DNA of 64,000 nucleotides. It comes from Lytechinus pictus (lineage: Eukaryota). Shown in pieces: positions 27,735 to 40,468 of this stretch. The stretch is from assembly GCF_037042905.1 (NCBI RefSeq), contig NC_087263.1, positions 3,100,001-3,164,000 on the forward strand. The letters run 5' to 3'. A model generated the notes under the pieces. It worked only from the letters and a program-made list of their open reading frames with translations. It did not search any database and was not told where the DNA came from. Within the stretch, counting starts at the first letter, position 1. Each line of letters begins with the position of its first letter. A program made the position numbers and the translations under genes.

Positions 27735-30700
27735 TTGATTCGGAATGACCACCCTTCTAGCAGCGAACCGTTATCTTACGTTGTATCTATTTCCCTGCCT
27801 ACGATGCGGAGATGAAGCGATTCGTTTTTTTCCTGCTTGTTTACTGCTCTTTTAACCCCTTTACGATATTTGGTAAACTAGTCCGTACATTTGGATTAGT
27901 CTTGAGAGCTAGACTCATACCAGATGTTAAAGGAAGGTAATACAGAACATTGTTTATTGATGAACTTTTCTGATGTTTGTTAAAACGTCCAGTTTATATT
28001 CTTTTGTTATAACAGTAATTAAGTCTCAAATATATTTTAATTCAATTTGTTCTATTTTGGTGTTCTTCTGGTTAAAATGATTAACTGTAGTTCATCTGCC
28101 CCAAATCATGTATTTCCTACGCTGCGGGAGTGGGAGAACATGTTTAGTTTTCAAGCAGGGTACAATACTATGTTCATATCTACTGCTGATTAGTCTGATT
28201 ATGAGACCCTTCTTTTCTTGATATCTTTTTCCTCTCCCATTTACTATGGCTTAGATTTTCTTGTATTTCTCTCAGCTTTTCCTCTTTACCTCTCCTGTAT
28301 ATGCTTCCAAATGCTCACCCCCCCCCTTATGATCTGTCCTTATTTTCTCTTCAGGTGCCATCTTCCTATCATCTTTCCTCTCACCCACCCAGTATACACA
28401 CTTAACTGTCTCTTGAGCTTGTACCAACACAGTCATAGTCGCCTACCACCGCTCCCCCACCCCTCCTCCTCCCCTTCCTTCCCCCACCCCACCCCCTACT
28501 TAGACTCATTTTCCTTTGCAAAACACAAACGCATGTGAAAAAATAGATGTAGCGTACATTACAGATGAAATGCCTTGTCCAAGGAATCAATCCCATGACC
28601 CACACATTCAAAGTTGAATCGTTTGACCTCGCAGCTGCAACATCTCTATATCTCTATCGCCTTCCTGCACGCGTGCATCTGCATGCTATACCCACACATG
28701 CACTCGAAACAGGTCCCAAATAACGTGCCGTAGTTGCTACACTATTACTCTCATCTAAATATAGACCGGTTGCTACTCGCTCAAATGGAAGTATATTTTA
28801 TCTCCATCGTTAGCAACCCGTTTGAGATGCCTTTCTCTCTGATAAAATATGATATTCTAAAAATAGACCCTTCTCCCTCGTAAAAAAACAGCTCTCTTAT
28901 CCGAGTTGAAGCATTATGTGGAGGAAAGTAATGATCATGGCTGTTGAGAGGATCTAAGTTCATAAAATTCTATGAAAATCAAAAGAAATAGTGATTGAAA
29001 GGTCAATAAAATGACTATGAATATACAGTAGCTAATAAAAAATGTTTTATTGCTTTTATATTGTAGTGGCAATGTAAATGAATTGTGTCTACTTATTTTC
29101 CTCAGATATCTTGAACTTAAAAAAAAAGACATTTGAATCAGAAGAGTTAGTGTTTAAAAACACTTCACCTATGTTTGTTTTGAGCTCAATTGGCATTCAC
29201 TTTAGTTTTCCAGTTTCAAACAGTGTATACTTGACAGAAATAATCCAAATACTAGTAGATGCAATGTCAAAGGTTTTTTACCATATCTTGGATTACTAGA
29301 CTATCTAATTCCATGTTCATTTCCCCCTTCCTGTTTAGTATCTGATTGCCTGTGCATTTCCACCTGCGAGTGCACAGGACTGCATGGCTTTAGATTCATA
29401 TTCCTGATATTCCGCAGCTCTCAAAAGTATGGACATTCCTGGCAAATAACGTCCAAAAAAGATTACCATGTACTCCACATTCCGTCAACAATCTGATCAA
29501 AAATGCATGGCAGCGTGTCTTAGCTTCGTTATTTGGTCGGGGAGATCCTCCCGATCACAGTTCCAATCAGTGGAAGGGCAAATAATGGCAGACATGTAGA
29601 ATCCCCTGTGGGTCGTGATGATATGGTACGCTTTCCGCTGCCACCAGGAAAGAAACCCCTTATGAAAGTTCACCTAAGTTAAAGCTCTATCTGCAGGTAC
29701 ATGTAGGCCTTCCCCCTTACCCAGTTCTTCTGTCAATCCTTTCAGTCATTCCAATCTGTCTTTTTACTTATCTTCCAAAGTCAGCATATCCTCTTTAATA
29801 AATGATCCCCTTTGGGTTCGCCTTTCCTTGTGTTTCATCACCAATAAAGATAATTTGTCTTCTCTGCCCTGTTTGTATTTTGTCGTATGTTCATCAACCC
29901 CTTCATCTTTTCCACTGATCAGTCTTTCGTTTTCTCCTGTATTGATTGCATCTTACATACACATAAAAAAATATTGTTTAAATTTTTTAGACAATGCTGT
30001 TTGCTATATGAACCATACAGTAGAAGCTTAAATCGTAGACAAGGTTTAATGTTTAATATTTAATTTTCAATAAATAATTCATGGTTGTTCATATAGTAAA
30101 CAGCGTTGTATAATATTTTATACAGGGTTTTTAATATGTATATAATCACAATTGTTCCTTTTTCCATCCCCCTTTTTTATATCCATATCCCCTCCCCCTG
30201 TCCCCATCTCATTCCCCTCCCCCTTCCTCCTTTTCTACTAATTTTCTCCATTTCCATCTTCATCTTTATTTTCATTGCAATCTTCCAATATCTTCATCTT
30301 GACATCTCTTTCTCCTCTTTAACCTCCATTTTCTTCCCCTTCCCTCTTTCTAATCCTCCTTTTTCTTCAAATATTCTTCAAAATATTCTTAATCTTCATC
30401 TTCCTTTGTCTTTTCCATTACCGACTTCAACCATCTCTTTCATTTTTTCCCTTCTCAACTCTTCTTTGACCCACTCCGTTTTCTTTCCCCCCTCCCCTCA
30501 CTGCCTATTACTCCATCACCATCTTCTCCATCTTCCCCACATCTTCATCTTGCCATCTGGTATACATCTCCCATGATCATCACACTGCCTTCATCCCAGC
30601 TACCGGAGGATGATGGGAGATGCGCGCCGCTCCGAGCACTCCCCACACACTCCAGCACGAGACACGTTGCCACTGTTAACGCCACACGCTTGCGATCACG

Positions 30701-31446
30701 CCGGTGGAAGCGTGATGCTACTAGGCCCCCATTACCAGGGGAACCATGTGCGCAATAACTTGGCATGTTTTATTAACGAGTGAGAATGAGTGTAGGGGCA
30801 TGAAGATGAGAAGATGATGATGATACTCATATCAACATATGCTAATGTGTCATAGATGTTTATGAATGATAATACCTGTCTTCTTCTTCATATGGAATTA
30901 CAATGTACAGGTGTACACAACTTGAGATAACATGAGATATGGTTAAAGGCAAGTCTCCACTAGCTGAATTATGTTCAATCTGAACGTTCGGTTTTAGTAA
31001 ACTCTTCTGAATCAATCTTAAGATTTTAAGAGACATATTTCCATCAACTAAAGTTGGGGAATTCATCCTTCTAAATGGATGAAATGTGACATCAGGCCAC
31101 AGAATATCTATATTTTGGACTTAATATTTGAATAATTTACCATTTTATGATACCATGAATAATTATCAAGAACAAAAACGGTATCCATGTTAGATTCTCC
31201 TCAAACATTGACTTTTGCTCCGTTTTGCCCCCCAAATTTTATATTGTCTCAGGATTTTTATCCAGAGATGAAATCCAATGTTAAGAGTTTTCTAGGGAGC
31301 ACTTCATGAAACAAATCACCAGTGATTTTCGCTAGAATGTTGTCATAAGCTACTGAATCCTTGCACCTGATTGGTTGAGAGCAAATTCATCATTGAAAAT
31401 CACTGACTGACATGAACAGATGATGATGATGTGAACGACGGTGATG

Positions 31447-31735
31447 NNNNNNNNNNNNNNNNNNNNNNNNNNNNNNNNNNNNNNNNNNNNNNNNNNNNNN
31501 NNNNNNNNNNNNNNNNNNNNNNNNNNNNNNNNNNNNNNNNNNNNNNNNNNNNNNNNNNNNNNNNNNNNNNNNNNNNNNNNNNNNNNNNNNNNNNNNNNNN
31601 NNNNNNNNNNNNNNNNNNNNNNNNNNNNNNNNNNNNNNNNNNNNNNNNNNNNNNNNNNNNNNNNNNNNNNNNNNNNNNNNNNNNNNNNNNNNNNNNNNNN
31701 NNNNNNNNNNNNNNNNNNNNNNNNNNNNNNNNNNN
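31447..31735. other. Assembly gap (289 N)
   Basis: Run of n, preceded by (GAT)n-like sequence. Confidence 1.
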
Positions 31736-31995
31736 TCTGTTCCAAGAACTGTTCCGAAACTCTCCCCTGATCAGAATAATCTGTCATATCAGAAAAAGCA
31801 GAATAAATGCGAAAACCCAGGCTAATGGGGACATGTCTAAAGATTGTGATGATGATACTTTTATTACTGTTAGAGTGATTAAGATGGATTTCATCTTTGA
31901 TGTCAGAAGGTTTTATGAGATGCTGAGCTGCTTTGTGAGATCGTGAGGGATATAAATGAAAGAGTTGTTTGATTCAAGAGATTGATTTTCCTTAA

Positions 31996-32391
31996 AGCTA
32001 AATTACAGTAGTTGCAGTAAAACACTAATTTAATGAGAAAGTCTGTAAAACCAAGGTTAAGTATGACTATATCATCGTGGATCTAGATCTGGTACAGTTA
32101 CATAAACTGAATTTTTGTGAAATCATAAAATCTAAGCTGAAATACGATCACACTGAAGATCGCCAACACAGATAGGCACACGTGGGACAGTCTATTATTA
32201 TTGCTGAAATAAAGACCCGACGGAAGTGACCGAATCCGCGCTTATTTTGCTTATTTCTCAGCAATTACTCAATTTCTTCCAGAATCCTTTGGCACATATT
32301 TTTTATTCATACAAACAGACACTTGGGTGGTCATTATATTAGATTCTGTAAAAAGTCATTTTGAGATCGTTACCAGAACTGGAATATACCT
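31996..32391 (+). mobile_element. TTAA-flanked MITE (Kolobok-like), copy 2
   Basis: TTAA-agctaaattacagt...actggaatatacct-TTAA; homologous to 8106-8506. Confidence 0.85.
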
Positions 32392-33032
32392 TTAATTATT
32401 CATAGATTTTAGGATATTGAAGCTAGGAGATGAAAAGGGTATAAGCCAATGCTAGGATGTGAATGATAGATTAAATAATTTATATCGACTCTATGGATTG
32501 AATCAATATTATGTTAAAAATTAACAGAATTTTGCCAATGGAAAATTTGATTCTACTTTCGTTCTCAATATAGTAATTAATGTTTATTTCCTGAAAGATA
32601 TCAGGTTAGGTAAATAGGTGCCAGCAGGAAGGAATGAATATGTTTTGAGCACTAGAATCGGTGGCCTATAACTAGGCTGTGTAATATAGGACGTCTATCA
32701 CCACTTTAAGGTGCATATGTGCACAATTTATACCCAAGTATTATTGTAATTGCTACGATAGACTGTGGACTTGTATTTAATCTTTAATTCTGTTTTTTTT
32801 CCCTCCATCCCCCTCTCTCTCTCACTATATCTATCCCCTCATTCTATCTTCCTTCTTTTTCTCTTCTCTCTTTCTTTCCTTATATCTACCCCCCATGTCC
32901 TATCTCATATTCTTCCATTCCTTTTTGCTATTTCCTTTTCTATTCCCTGTCTCGTTATTTCTGTTTTTCCTTCTCTCTTTCTTTCCTTCTATCCATCCCC
33001 CTCCATTCCTTCTCATATTCGTCCAATCACAG

Positions 33033-33084
33033 ATGAGGCATCCAATTCAAATGAAGCCAGCAGATTGTGAAGGTAGGCACAATG
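33033..33084 (+). CDS. CELF2: CELF1/2-like exon 3 (end of RRM1: MRHPIQMKPADCEGRHN)
   Basis: Long pyrimidine tract then cacag|ATG; donor AATG|gtaagt; 52 nt, phase 0 to 1. HPIQMKPAD is diagnostic of CELF1/2 (CELF3-6 have RPIQVKPAD). Confidence 0.95.
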
Positions 33085-33911
33085 GTAAGTGGTGGTGGGG
33101 CTAGATTGGATAGGAGCAGTGTTCACACGATGCTGAATCCGACGTTTCTCAAACGTTCCCAAACCTAGTACACCACCCCACCATCCTACCTTGGGCCAAA
33201 AGTCCATTTCTACTTACCTTTACTAAACAAATGTCAATTCTAATACCAGTTCAAATTTATATAGCTCATTTGTAGATAAAATATATGCATTTTGCTATAA
33301 AAAGCTATATACGTTTCTGAAACCTTCCTAAACATATTATAACACCACCCTACCATCTTGGGTTGGGCCAAAAAAATCTATTATTGATTTACTTATACAT
33401 AAATTACCTAATCTACTTATCAGTTCCAAATCTAATGACAGTTGGAATAAGTAAAGCTAATTGATAAATGATATGTTAGATACCAAACATAGGTTTCTAC
33501 CATTCAAGCAGTTCTCATTCCAAAACGTTAATTTGATACCAAGGCTGATAATGAATTGCATCTAAAATGTACATTTAATGAATATGCTATGTGCTGAAAA
33601 TTGTAACTCTCCCCCTAATCCGCACCATCACCATTTTGAAAGCATTTTTGTGAGGGAAGATTGTGTGTTAGATGGAAGAAATGGAGATGTGTGATTATCA
33701 GAAAGGCATTCCAAGAAATAAATCTCTCCTCAAATTATTTAATCAAGACTATTTATTTTATCCTGGATAAGTGGTAATATTGTAAGGTTCCTTCAAACTA
33801 TGGTTTTGAATCATTTAAAAGAAATTGAAGCTGTTCCGAGAACAACACGATTGTAAGAAGAAGATTTGATAACCACAACATTTAAGTTCAGGATTAGATC
33901 ATACAATGAGG

Positions 33912-34192
33912 AATATTAGAATAACAAGTAATTTCTCATGAACAATGGGTAATATTAGAATAATAAGTCACTTCTCGTGAACAATAGGTAATATTTGAAT
34001 AATAAGTCACTTCTCGTGAACAATCGGTAAATATTAGAATAATAAGTCACTTCTCGTGAACAATCAGTAATATTAGAATAATAAGTCACTTCTCGTGAAC
34101 AATGGGTAATATTAGAATAATAAGTCACTTCTCGTGAACAATCGGTAATATTAGAATAATAAGTCACTTCTCGTGAACAATAGGTAATATTA
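33912..34192. repeat. Minisatellite, 39-bp unit, about 7 copies
   Basis: aatattagaataataagtcacttctcgtgaacaat(c/g/a)ggt head-to-tail. Confidence 0.95.
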
Positions 34193-35746
34193 TATAAATA
34201 TAGTATAAGTTTAATAAGCTTAAAGTAATTGAAGTGAATTCTAACATTGAACCCCAGCCCTACTTTTTAAAATATATTTGTAACACTGCTGTATATTCTT
34301 TAATCTGGTTGTATATGGTTTAATACTAATTACCTGGATATCTATGTTGTCATGATTAACATGAGTATATGATTTTTTTTAATATGATAATTCTTTGAGG
34401 AAACAAGTATTTACGCTTATAGAATTATATTTCAATGAGTCAACTTTTATGTTATTATTCTTTTGATGAGCGCTGTATATACAACTTTTCATCTCCATAT
34501 CATTACTATCATTTAATCATTGTATCACCACACTCTTGTGTATGTACTCTCTGCGGTTCAAATTTGGTTGGTTAAATTGAAAACAAACCAAAAAAAGACT
34601 CGAAAAAAATTCTCGAAAGCCATCTATGCCTTCTGGTGGTGATTATAACATGAAGATGATTATAAAATGAAAGGAGATTAATTCTACGTCTAGACTAGAG
34701 TGTTTGCTGATAGGCATTCTAGCTGCAAACAACTCTTCAAATCTATCAGTCAATTTTTTTTCTTTCTAATAACACCTTAAGCTGTTCATGTACAAAGTGT
34801 CTTTTTGGGTGCATTCATAGGACTTCTTACTATCTTTATTTCAATCTTTCATTCTTTATTTGGTTGTCCAGAACTTTGTACAGACCATTCTTACTGATAT
34901 CAAGTAAGATATCCTATTGCATAAATTCCATTTTTGTTCAAAGATGTATGCTTATTCATGGCAAAGACATTATTGAAAGAAATCACAAGCCCAAAATAAT
35001 TATTTTCTTCATCATGAAATTGATTGGATGTTCTGAAACTCTTGTCAAAATTCTCTTCTATTCCATTGGCAGTCTTCCTTCAAATAAAAATGAGTGGAGA
35101 ATTGAGAAGTCTCATTAATTCTTTTGTAAAATATTTTCCAGTTGACTTTTTCCATCTGGAAAAAAAATCTTTTTGAATTGTGTAGTGTATAATATACCCA
35201 TCCTTTGATATTTTTATCAACTACGTTAACAATCATTTAAAATAATATCTGGTAATGTGTTATTGTGGTAAATTGGTTTTCTAAAAACAATTTGTTAAAA
35301 ATTGTAATTTTGTAGGAGTGAGTGGTCTGTATATGCTAACATTTTCATTGGGATAATTGTTGAAGAATGTATTTGTATTGGTAATTCTCTTCTACGTGTA
35401 GATGTGTACAAATGCAAGTTTAAAATGTCTGAACATTATTCTATCTACACAAATGGATAATTCCAAACACTACAGGATTGCATTTGAAGAAACTATGAAT
35501 GAGAAAATGTTAAATTATTTACAGTATCTATTTTGGGCATCTTGTAAATCTTATGCAACCTAAAATTCCTAGAGATTCTGGACTGCCTCTAATTTAAAAA
35601 AAAAAATCCAGAATGTTTGAGAATATCATTGATTCTATTTTGAATCTTTAGGATTTCTTTTTTAAATCTAAAATTATTTGAATTTAAAATCTTTTAGCTC
35701 TGAAGTCCAAGTCCACTAGGTTCATATGTAAAACTGATATTCGGCT

Positions 35747-36180
35747 GGTTACTATCAAAATTTGCGCATACATTCAAAATTCCGAAGCTTCGTTATTCAG
35801 AAGGTTCGGATATTCCGAAGGTTCGTTATTCCGAAGGTTCATATTTCCGAAGGTTCGTTAGTCCGAAAACGAAGTGAGGATCGTAATTCCGAAGGTTCGT
35901 TAATCCGAAAAAGAAATGAGGTTCGAAATTCCGAAGGTTCGTTAGTCCGAAAACGAAATGATTAACGAACCTTATTTCGTTTTCGGACTAACGAACCTTC
36001 GGAACAACGAACCTTCGGAACAACAAACCTTATTTCGTTTTCGGATTATCGAACCTTCGGAATAACACCACAAATGTTCGGATTGACGAACCCTTTTACG
36101 TTTTCGGATTAACGAACATCGAGGTATAGGCAATTTACGTGTTTCGGAATTACGAACCTTCGGAATTACGAAGTGTAACC
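35747..36180. mobile_element. Foldback-like MITE built from ttccgaaggttcgt subrepeats
   Basis: The left half repeats ttccgaaggttcg and the right half its complement cgaaccttcggaa; ends ggttac / gtaacc. Confidence 0.85.
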
Positions 36181-36900
36181 AAAATTCGCACTGGATTTGT
36201 TTTTATTCTTTAAATTTAGATTTGATATAACCATGTTATTCATTATACAGAGCTGTCAGTAACACAGTATTTCATAATCTAGTGTAGGATCAATTTAAAA
36301 ATGACACTTTTTTGATAAAAATTACTTAATAAAACAACAACAGAAGAGAAAAGGAAAATAACAAAGCATCACTACAAAGCAAAACCGGTTTCATTCTCTT
36401 AATTACGCGAAATCTAATAGATTCCATTTTTAATAAACCTATACATGTATGCCTTTGACCTCCTGAGATGGGGGAGATCATTCAAATTATGTGGTACCAT
36501 TTGGTGTTTCATTCAAAGCTGTATGTAAAGTTGCACATGACTATGTACGACTGGAACATGATCTTAGTGCCAAGACAGCGACGTAGCGTGTATCAATGTA
36601 GTTTAAGAAAGGGTCACCAGTCCTGGGTAAAATGTTGTGTAAGTTAAGAACAGCTTCATGAAATGGCCCCCTGGGCCCCGTAGCACAAAGGATAGCGATT
36701 GATCGTATGCTTCAATCGCAACATTGATTGATTCTTTGATTGATTATACATTGTTGTCCATGCAATCAATCTTAAAAGATATTATATGATTGATTGTAAA
36801 TTGTAGTTCATACAATCAATCATAAAGCTATTCTATGATTGATTGTACATTGTAGTCAATGCAATTGATTGGAAAGATATTCTACGAGGATTGCTATTAA

Positions 36901-37471
36901 AGGAAACCAAAACCCAAGAAGAGGTGCAATCTTATTTGAAATAGTAAAATGAGAACAATTTAAAACAAGTTTCATCAAAATCAGTTATAGAATAAGCGAG
37001 TTATGGAAGTTTGAAATGTCTTGTTGTACTCTCTATAGGGATCCTCAAATTGGCAAACATGCTTCAAAATGGCTGATTTTATGGACAACCCTCCATTTGT
37101 TTTGTACACAAATTTCCAGAATTTTCCCTGTATTTTACATTTTTCACATCAGCTCCTCCTGACCTTGACATATGTGGTGTGAATTATATTTTCCCATGAC
37201 ATACATTATGCTCAGAATGAGGCAATATGCAATTTTAAAGATAATAGGGAAAATCTGAAAAGTTGTGTACAAAACAAAGAGAGTTGTCCACAAAATCAGC
37301 CATTTTGAAGCATGTTTGCCAATTTGAGGATCCCCATAGAACGTACAAGACTTTTGAAATGTCCATAACTTGCTTATTTCACTACTGATTTTGATGAAAC
37401 TTGTTTTAAATTGTTCCTCTTATTTTACTCTTTCCAATAAGATTGCTTCTCATCTTGGGTTTTGGTTTCCT
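36901..37471. mobile_element. TTAA-flanked, largely palindromic MITE (Kolobok-like), nested in an older MITE
   Basis: TTAA-aggaaaccaaaacccaaga...tcttgggttttggtttcct-TTAA; arms complementary for about 230 bp. Confidence 0.9.
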
Positions 37472-37633
37472 TTAAGCTTTGTGTTACGGGCCACGGGACT
37501 GTGCTGGGAAAAGGGGTAAATACTATCTGGTTTTAGAGTCTTTAAGCTGTGCCTCTGAAATCTTGTGATTGTTTTAGAACCCCTGAACGAGGGAGGGGAT
37601 CGTTCACATTGTCAGGTCTGAATTCTCTTGCAG

Positions 37634-37765
37634 TTGAAGAAAGGAAACTGTTTGTCGGTATGCTGTCCAAGAAATGCGACGAGAGTGACGTCAGGATAAT
37701 GTTCTCAGCGTTTGGTTCAATCGAAGAATGTCACATATTAAGAGATCAGATGGGAGGACACAAAG
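37634..37765 (+). CDS. CELF2: CELF1/2-like exon 4 (RRM2 first half: [44 protein letters not shown])
   Basis: ctcttgcag|TT acceptor and AAAG|gtttgt donor; 132 nt, phase 1-1; RNP2 LFVGML. Confidence 0.96.
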
Positions 37766-37963
37766 GTTTGTAGGACAAGATTCTTATCAACATTTTTTGG
37801 TTTAATCAAAGAATGTCACATTGAGAGATCATATGGGAGGACACAAAGGTTTGTAGGACAAGATTCTTATCAACATTTTTTGGTTAAATCAAAGAATGTC
37901 ACATTAAGAGATCATATGGGAGGACACGAAGATGTGTAGGACAGGATTCTAGTCGACATGTTT
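37711..37963 (+). repeat. Tandem triplication (about 83-85 bp) of the 3' end of exon 4 and its donor
   Basis: tttggtt.aatc.aagaatgtcaca...gagatca.atgggaggacacaaaggtttgtaggacaagattctt starts at 37711, 37796 and 37879. Confidence 0.95.
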
Positions 37964-38369
37964 AGCAATCTTTTTGACTCGGTGTGCTTCCATGTCACTT
38001 TTTAAGCTAGAATGATAAATATTGATCATAATTGGAAGCTCAATCACTAAAGATGGTCTTTGTTGGCTATTGTTCAAACAGATATTTTTAACAAATCAAA
38101 TTCTTACTTGAATCAAGCCTATCCACTGCTTGGTTTGATTTATTGAAGTTTCTTTTTATAATAATAATAAAAATGTCTTTTTAAGTAAAGTGTCTTATTT
38201 GCATTGTATTCAAAGTGTTCTGGATGGAAAATTAATGCTGCTCTGTGAGGATACATCTTTCAAGCATGTCAGGTTTAAAAACATTCAAGAAAGTTTTACT
38301 TTTTAATGGAGTGAATTTTGGTGAGCTCATTTTGTGACTGATTTTTCTTGATCCTTTGTATTTTTGTAG

Positions 38370-38449
38370 GATGTGCCTTTGTAACATTTGCCACAAGACA
38401 GATGGCCCTTAATGGAATAAGATCTATGCACCAATCTAGAATAATGGAT
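38370..38449 (+). CDS. CELF2: CELF1/2-like exon 5 (RRM2 RNP1: GCAFVTFATRQMALNGIRSMHQSRIMD)
   Basis: tttttgtag|GA acceptor and GAT|gtaagt donor; 80 nt, phase 1 to 0. Confidence 0.96.
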
Positions 38450-38454
38450 GTAAG

Positions 38455-38860
38455 TATACCTCTAATCCCTTTGCCTCCCCCCTTACCTCTTTATCCCTTT
38501 CCTCCTTTCCCTAAAGGCTTCACTCCCATCCTTTTACTTCCCCTTTCCTATTTATTTCCCATTCACCTTTCTCCATCCATTTTTCCTTTCACTTTTCCTC
38601 CTTTCCAATACCCCTCCTCCCCCCTCTCTTATCCTTCCCCCTTTCACCTTTCTCCTGTACCCTCCCCTCTCCCCTTTCTCATTCCCCTTCCAATTTTCCT
38701 TCCCACTTCCCTTGTCCCCTTTCCTATTCCCTCACCCCTTCCCATTTTCCTTTTCCCTTTTCCCTTCCCCACTTCCCTTCCCCACTTCCCCCTTTTCATT
38801 CCACTTCCCTTTACCTTTCATATTTTCCCTAAGTTCTGCCTTCTTCCACCTCTTCCTCTT
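38455..38860. repeat. CT-rich tract downstream of exon 5
   Basis: Almost pure pyrimidine sequence. Confidence 0.85.
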
Positions 38861-39807
38861 AAAGGAATATTCTTTGTAGAAATTTATATGAATAGCATAA
38901 ATAGAATGGATAAAAAATATCAATCTTTCACAAACATAATGCAATCCTCACTTTAAGATTATCCATTGAATTGTCTGTAGGTCTTTGAATAACCTTGAAA
39001 CATCTTGGCAGCTGGAAACCAATAATAAACTTCCCATAATGCATTGTGATCAATCTCACGTTAGCTTAAAATGTTACTTTTATCTTTTATCTGACTTAGA
39101 CTCAATAGATGCTTCAGACATCGTCATTGATTATAACACATCGACTGACCATGAGTTGCATCTTTTTTGTCCTACCGACTTTTGGCATTTAATTTTCAAG
39201 AGTCTTTGAGTACTGTAGATAAAAAACCAAGAAGAATCAGGAGAAAAGATATAATGAATGCATTTTCATTTGCAGCTAATTTGAGTGCTTCGATAAATGT
39301 CATCTCGTCCTTCACCAATTTTATGATCTTTTTTTGAAAATTAAGTCTCATGTCTGTTGGACTGACCTTTAGATTATTGTACAAATAAAAAAAATAAGAT
39401 GAAATTCTGAAGGATATCTGGAACATCTAAGGGGATAACTTAATTTGAAAATGTTTCCAGATATGAGAAGATTAAAGAATAGACTTTTGCCAGTTAATAA
39501 ACTCTCAACCATTTTTTATTCGGACATAAAAATCTGTAATTTAAGCAATCCCAACTCTTCATTGTATATGATACTCCTTTATTTCTTAATATAATTTTGC
39601 TACTCTCTCCAAAAAGTACTGCACTTTTCCTAATTTTGAGCCAAATCAAGACTAGTATGTCCAATGCATATCTTGGTAGCTCTAAATTAATAATATACTC
39701 GTCCATCCTCTACCTGGGAATGACGTGTTTCATTGTGCAGATGAGAGAAGCTTATTAAAATGTTTTTTGTTTAAGATCTAGAAATGTTATCTCCTTTTGG
39801 GTTGACA

Positions 39808-40018
39808 CGACATTTGCTCCAGCGACAATTGCTCCAGGCTTCATTTCGTCTAAGGTATAGGTTTAGGGTGTGGGTTGCAATAGGGTTTTATGTTAGGTTA
39901 CTTTAAGGTTAGATTTAGGGTAGGGTATAGTGTTGAATCCGGGTTTGAAGTTAGTCATGATATTAGTGTGTGGAAATTGTTGCGGAGGAATTGTCGCTGG
40001 AGCAAAATTCATGGAGCC
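39808..40018. mobile_element. MITE with ttaggg-like interior
   Basis: tttgctccagcgacaatt / aattgtcgctggagcaaa inverted repeat flanking degenerate ttaggg/ttaggt repeats. Confidence 0.7.
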
Positions 40019-40159
40019 TGTTTCGAGTGAATATTAATCAGGAAAGAACATGAGCTCAACGTTGTACTTATTGACGAAAATTTTATTTAATCATGCTTTT
40101 TTTTCTTTTTCATTCATATTTAGTTTGAACTTAGATAAAATAAATGTGTAACAAATGTT

Positions 40160-40468
40160 GCCGAGTCGTGGTCTAGTGGTTCTGACTCTCGCCTTTCAAA
40201 CAGAGGGTTGCGGGTTTGAATCCTAGCCATGGCATGTTTCCTTAGCAAGAAATTTAACTACACTGTGCTTCACTCGGCCGAGGTGAGATGAATGGGTACC
40301 CGTTAGGAAGAAATTCCTCGAAAGTTCAAGCGCCCGATCAAGGTAGCCCTGCTAAATCCGGGATAATTATATAACATTATCATGTTAAGCAGGACCCGCT
40401 GGTAGAACATTTTTCAGAGCCTAAGTGGCTTCCCTGGGTAAAATGTTATTATCATTATTATTATTATT
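40160..40468 (+). mobile_element. tRNA-derived SINE, near full length
   Basis: A-box gtggtctagtgg, B-box ggtttgaatcc, conserved core aggtgagatgaatgggtacc, (ATT)n tail. Confidence 0.85.

Noticed and set aside
31350-31946. ORFs spanning X runs
   Set aside because: Open only because of the N gap.
33912-34192. CRISPR-like array
   Set aside because: The 39-bp units are head-to-tail without unique spacers, there are no cas genes, and the context is a eukaryotic intron. It is a minisatellite.
34830-35340. Possible L1/Tx1 ORF2 remnant on the minus strand (also 39130-39715)
   Set aside because: Too decayed to support without a profile search.
39855-39930. Interstitial telomere
   Set aside because: Few degenerate ttaggg units, enclosed by MITE inverted repeats.
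40160-40235. tRNA gene
   Set aside because: A and B boxes continue into a SINE body and tail, with no intact cloverleaf; the same holds at 52753 and about 7730-7790.
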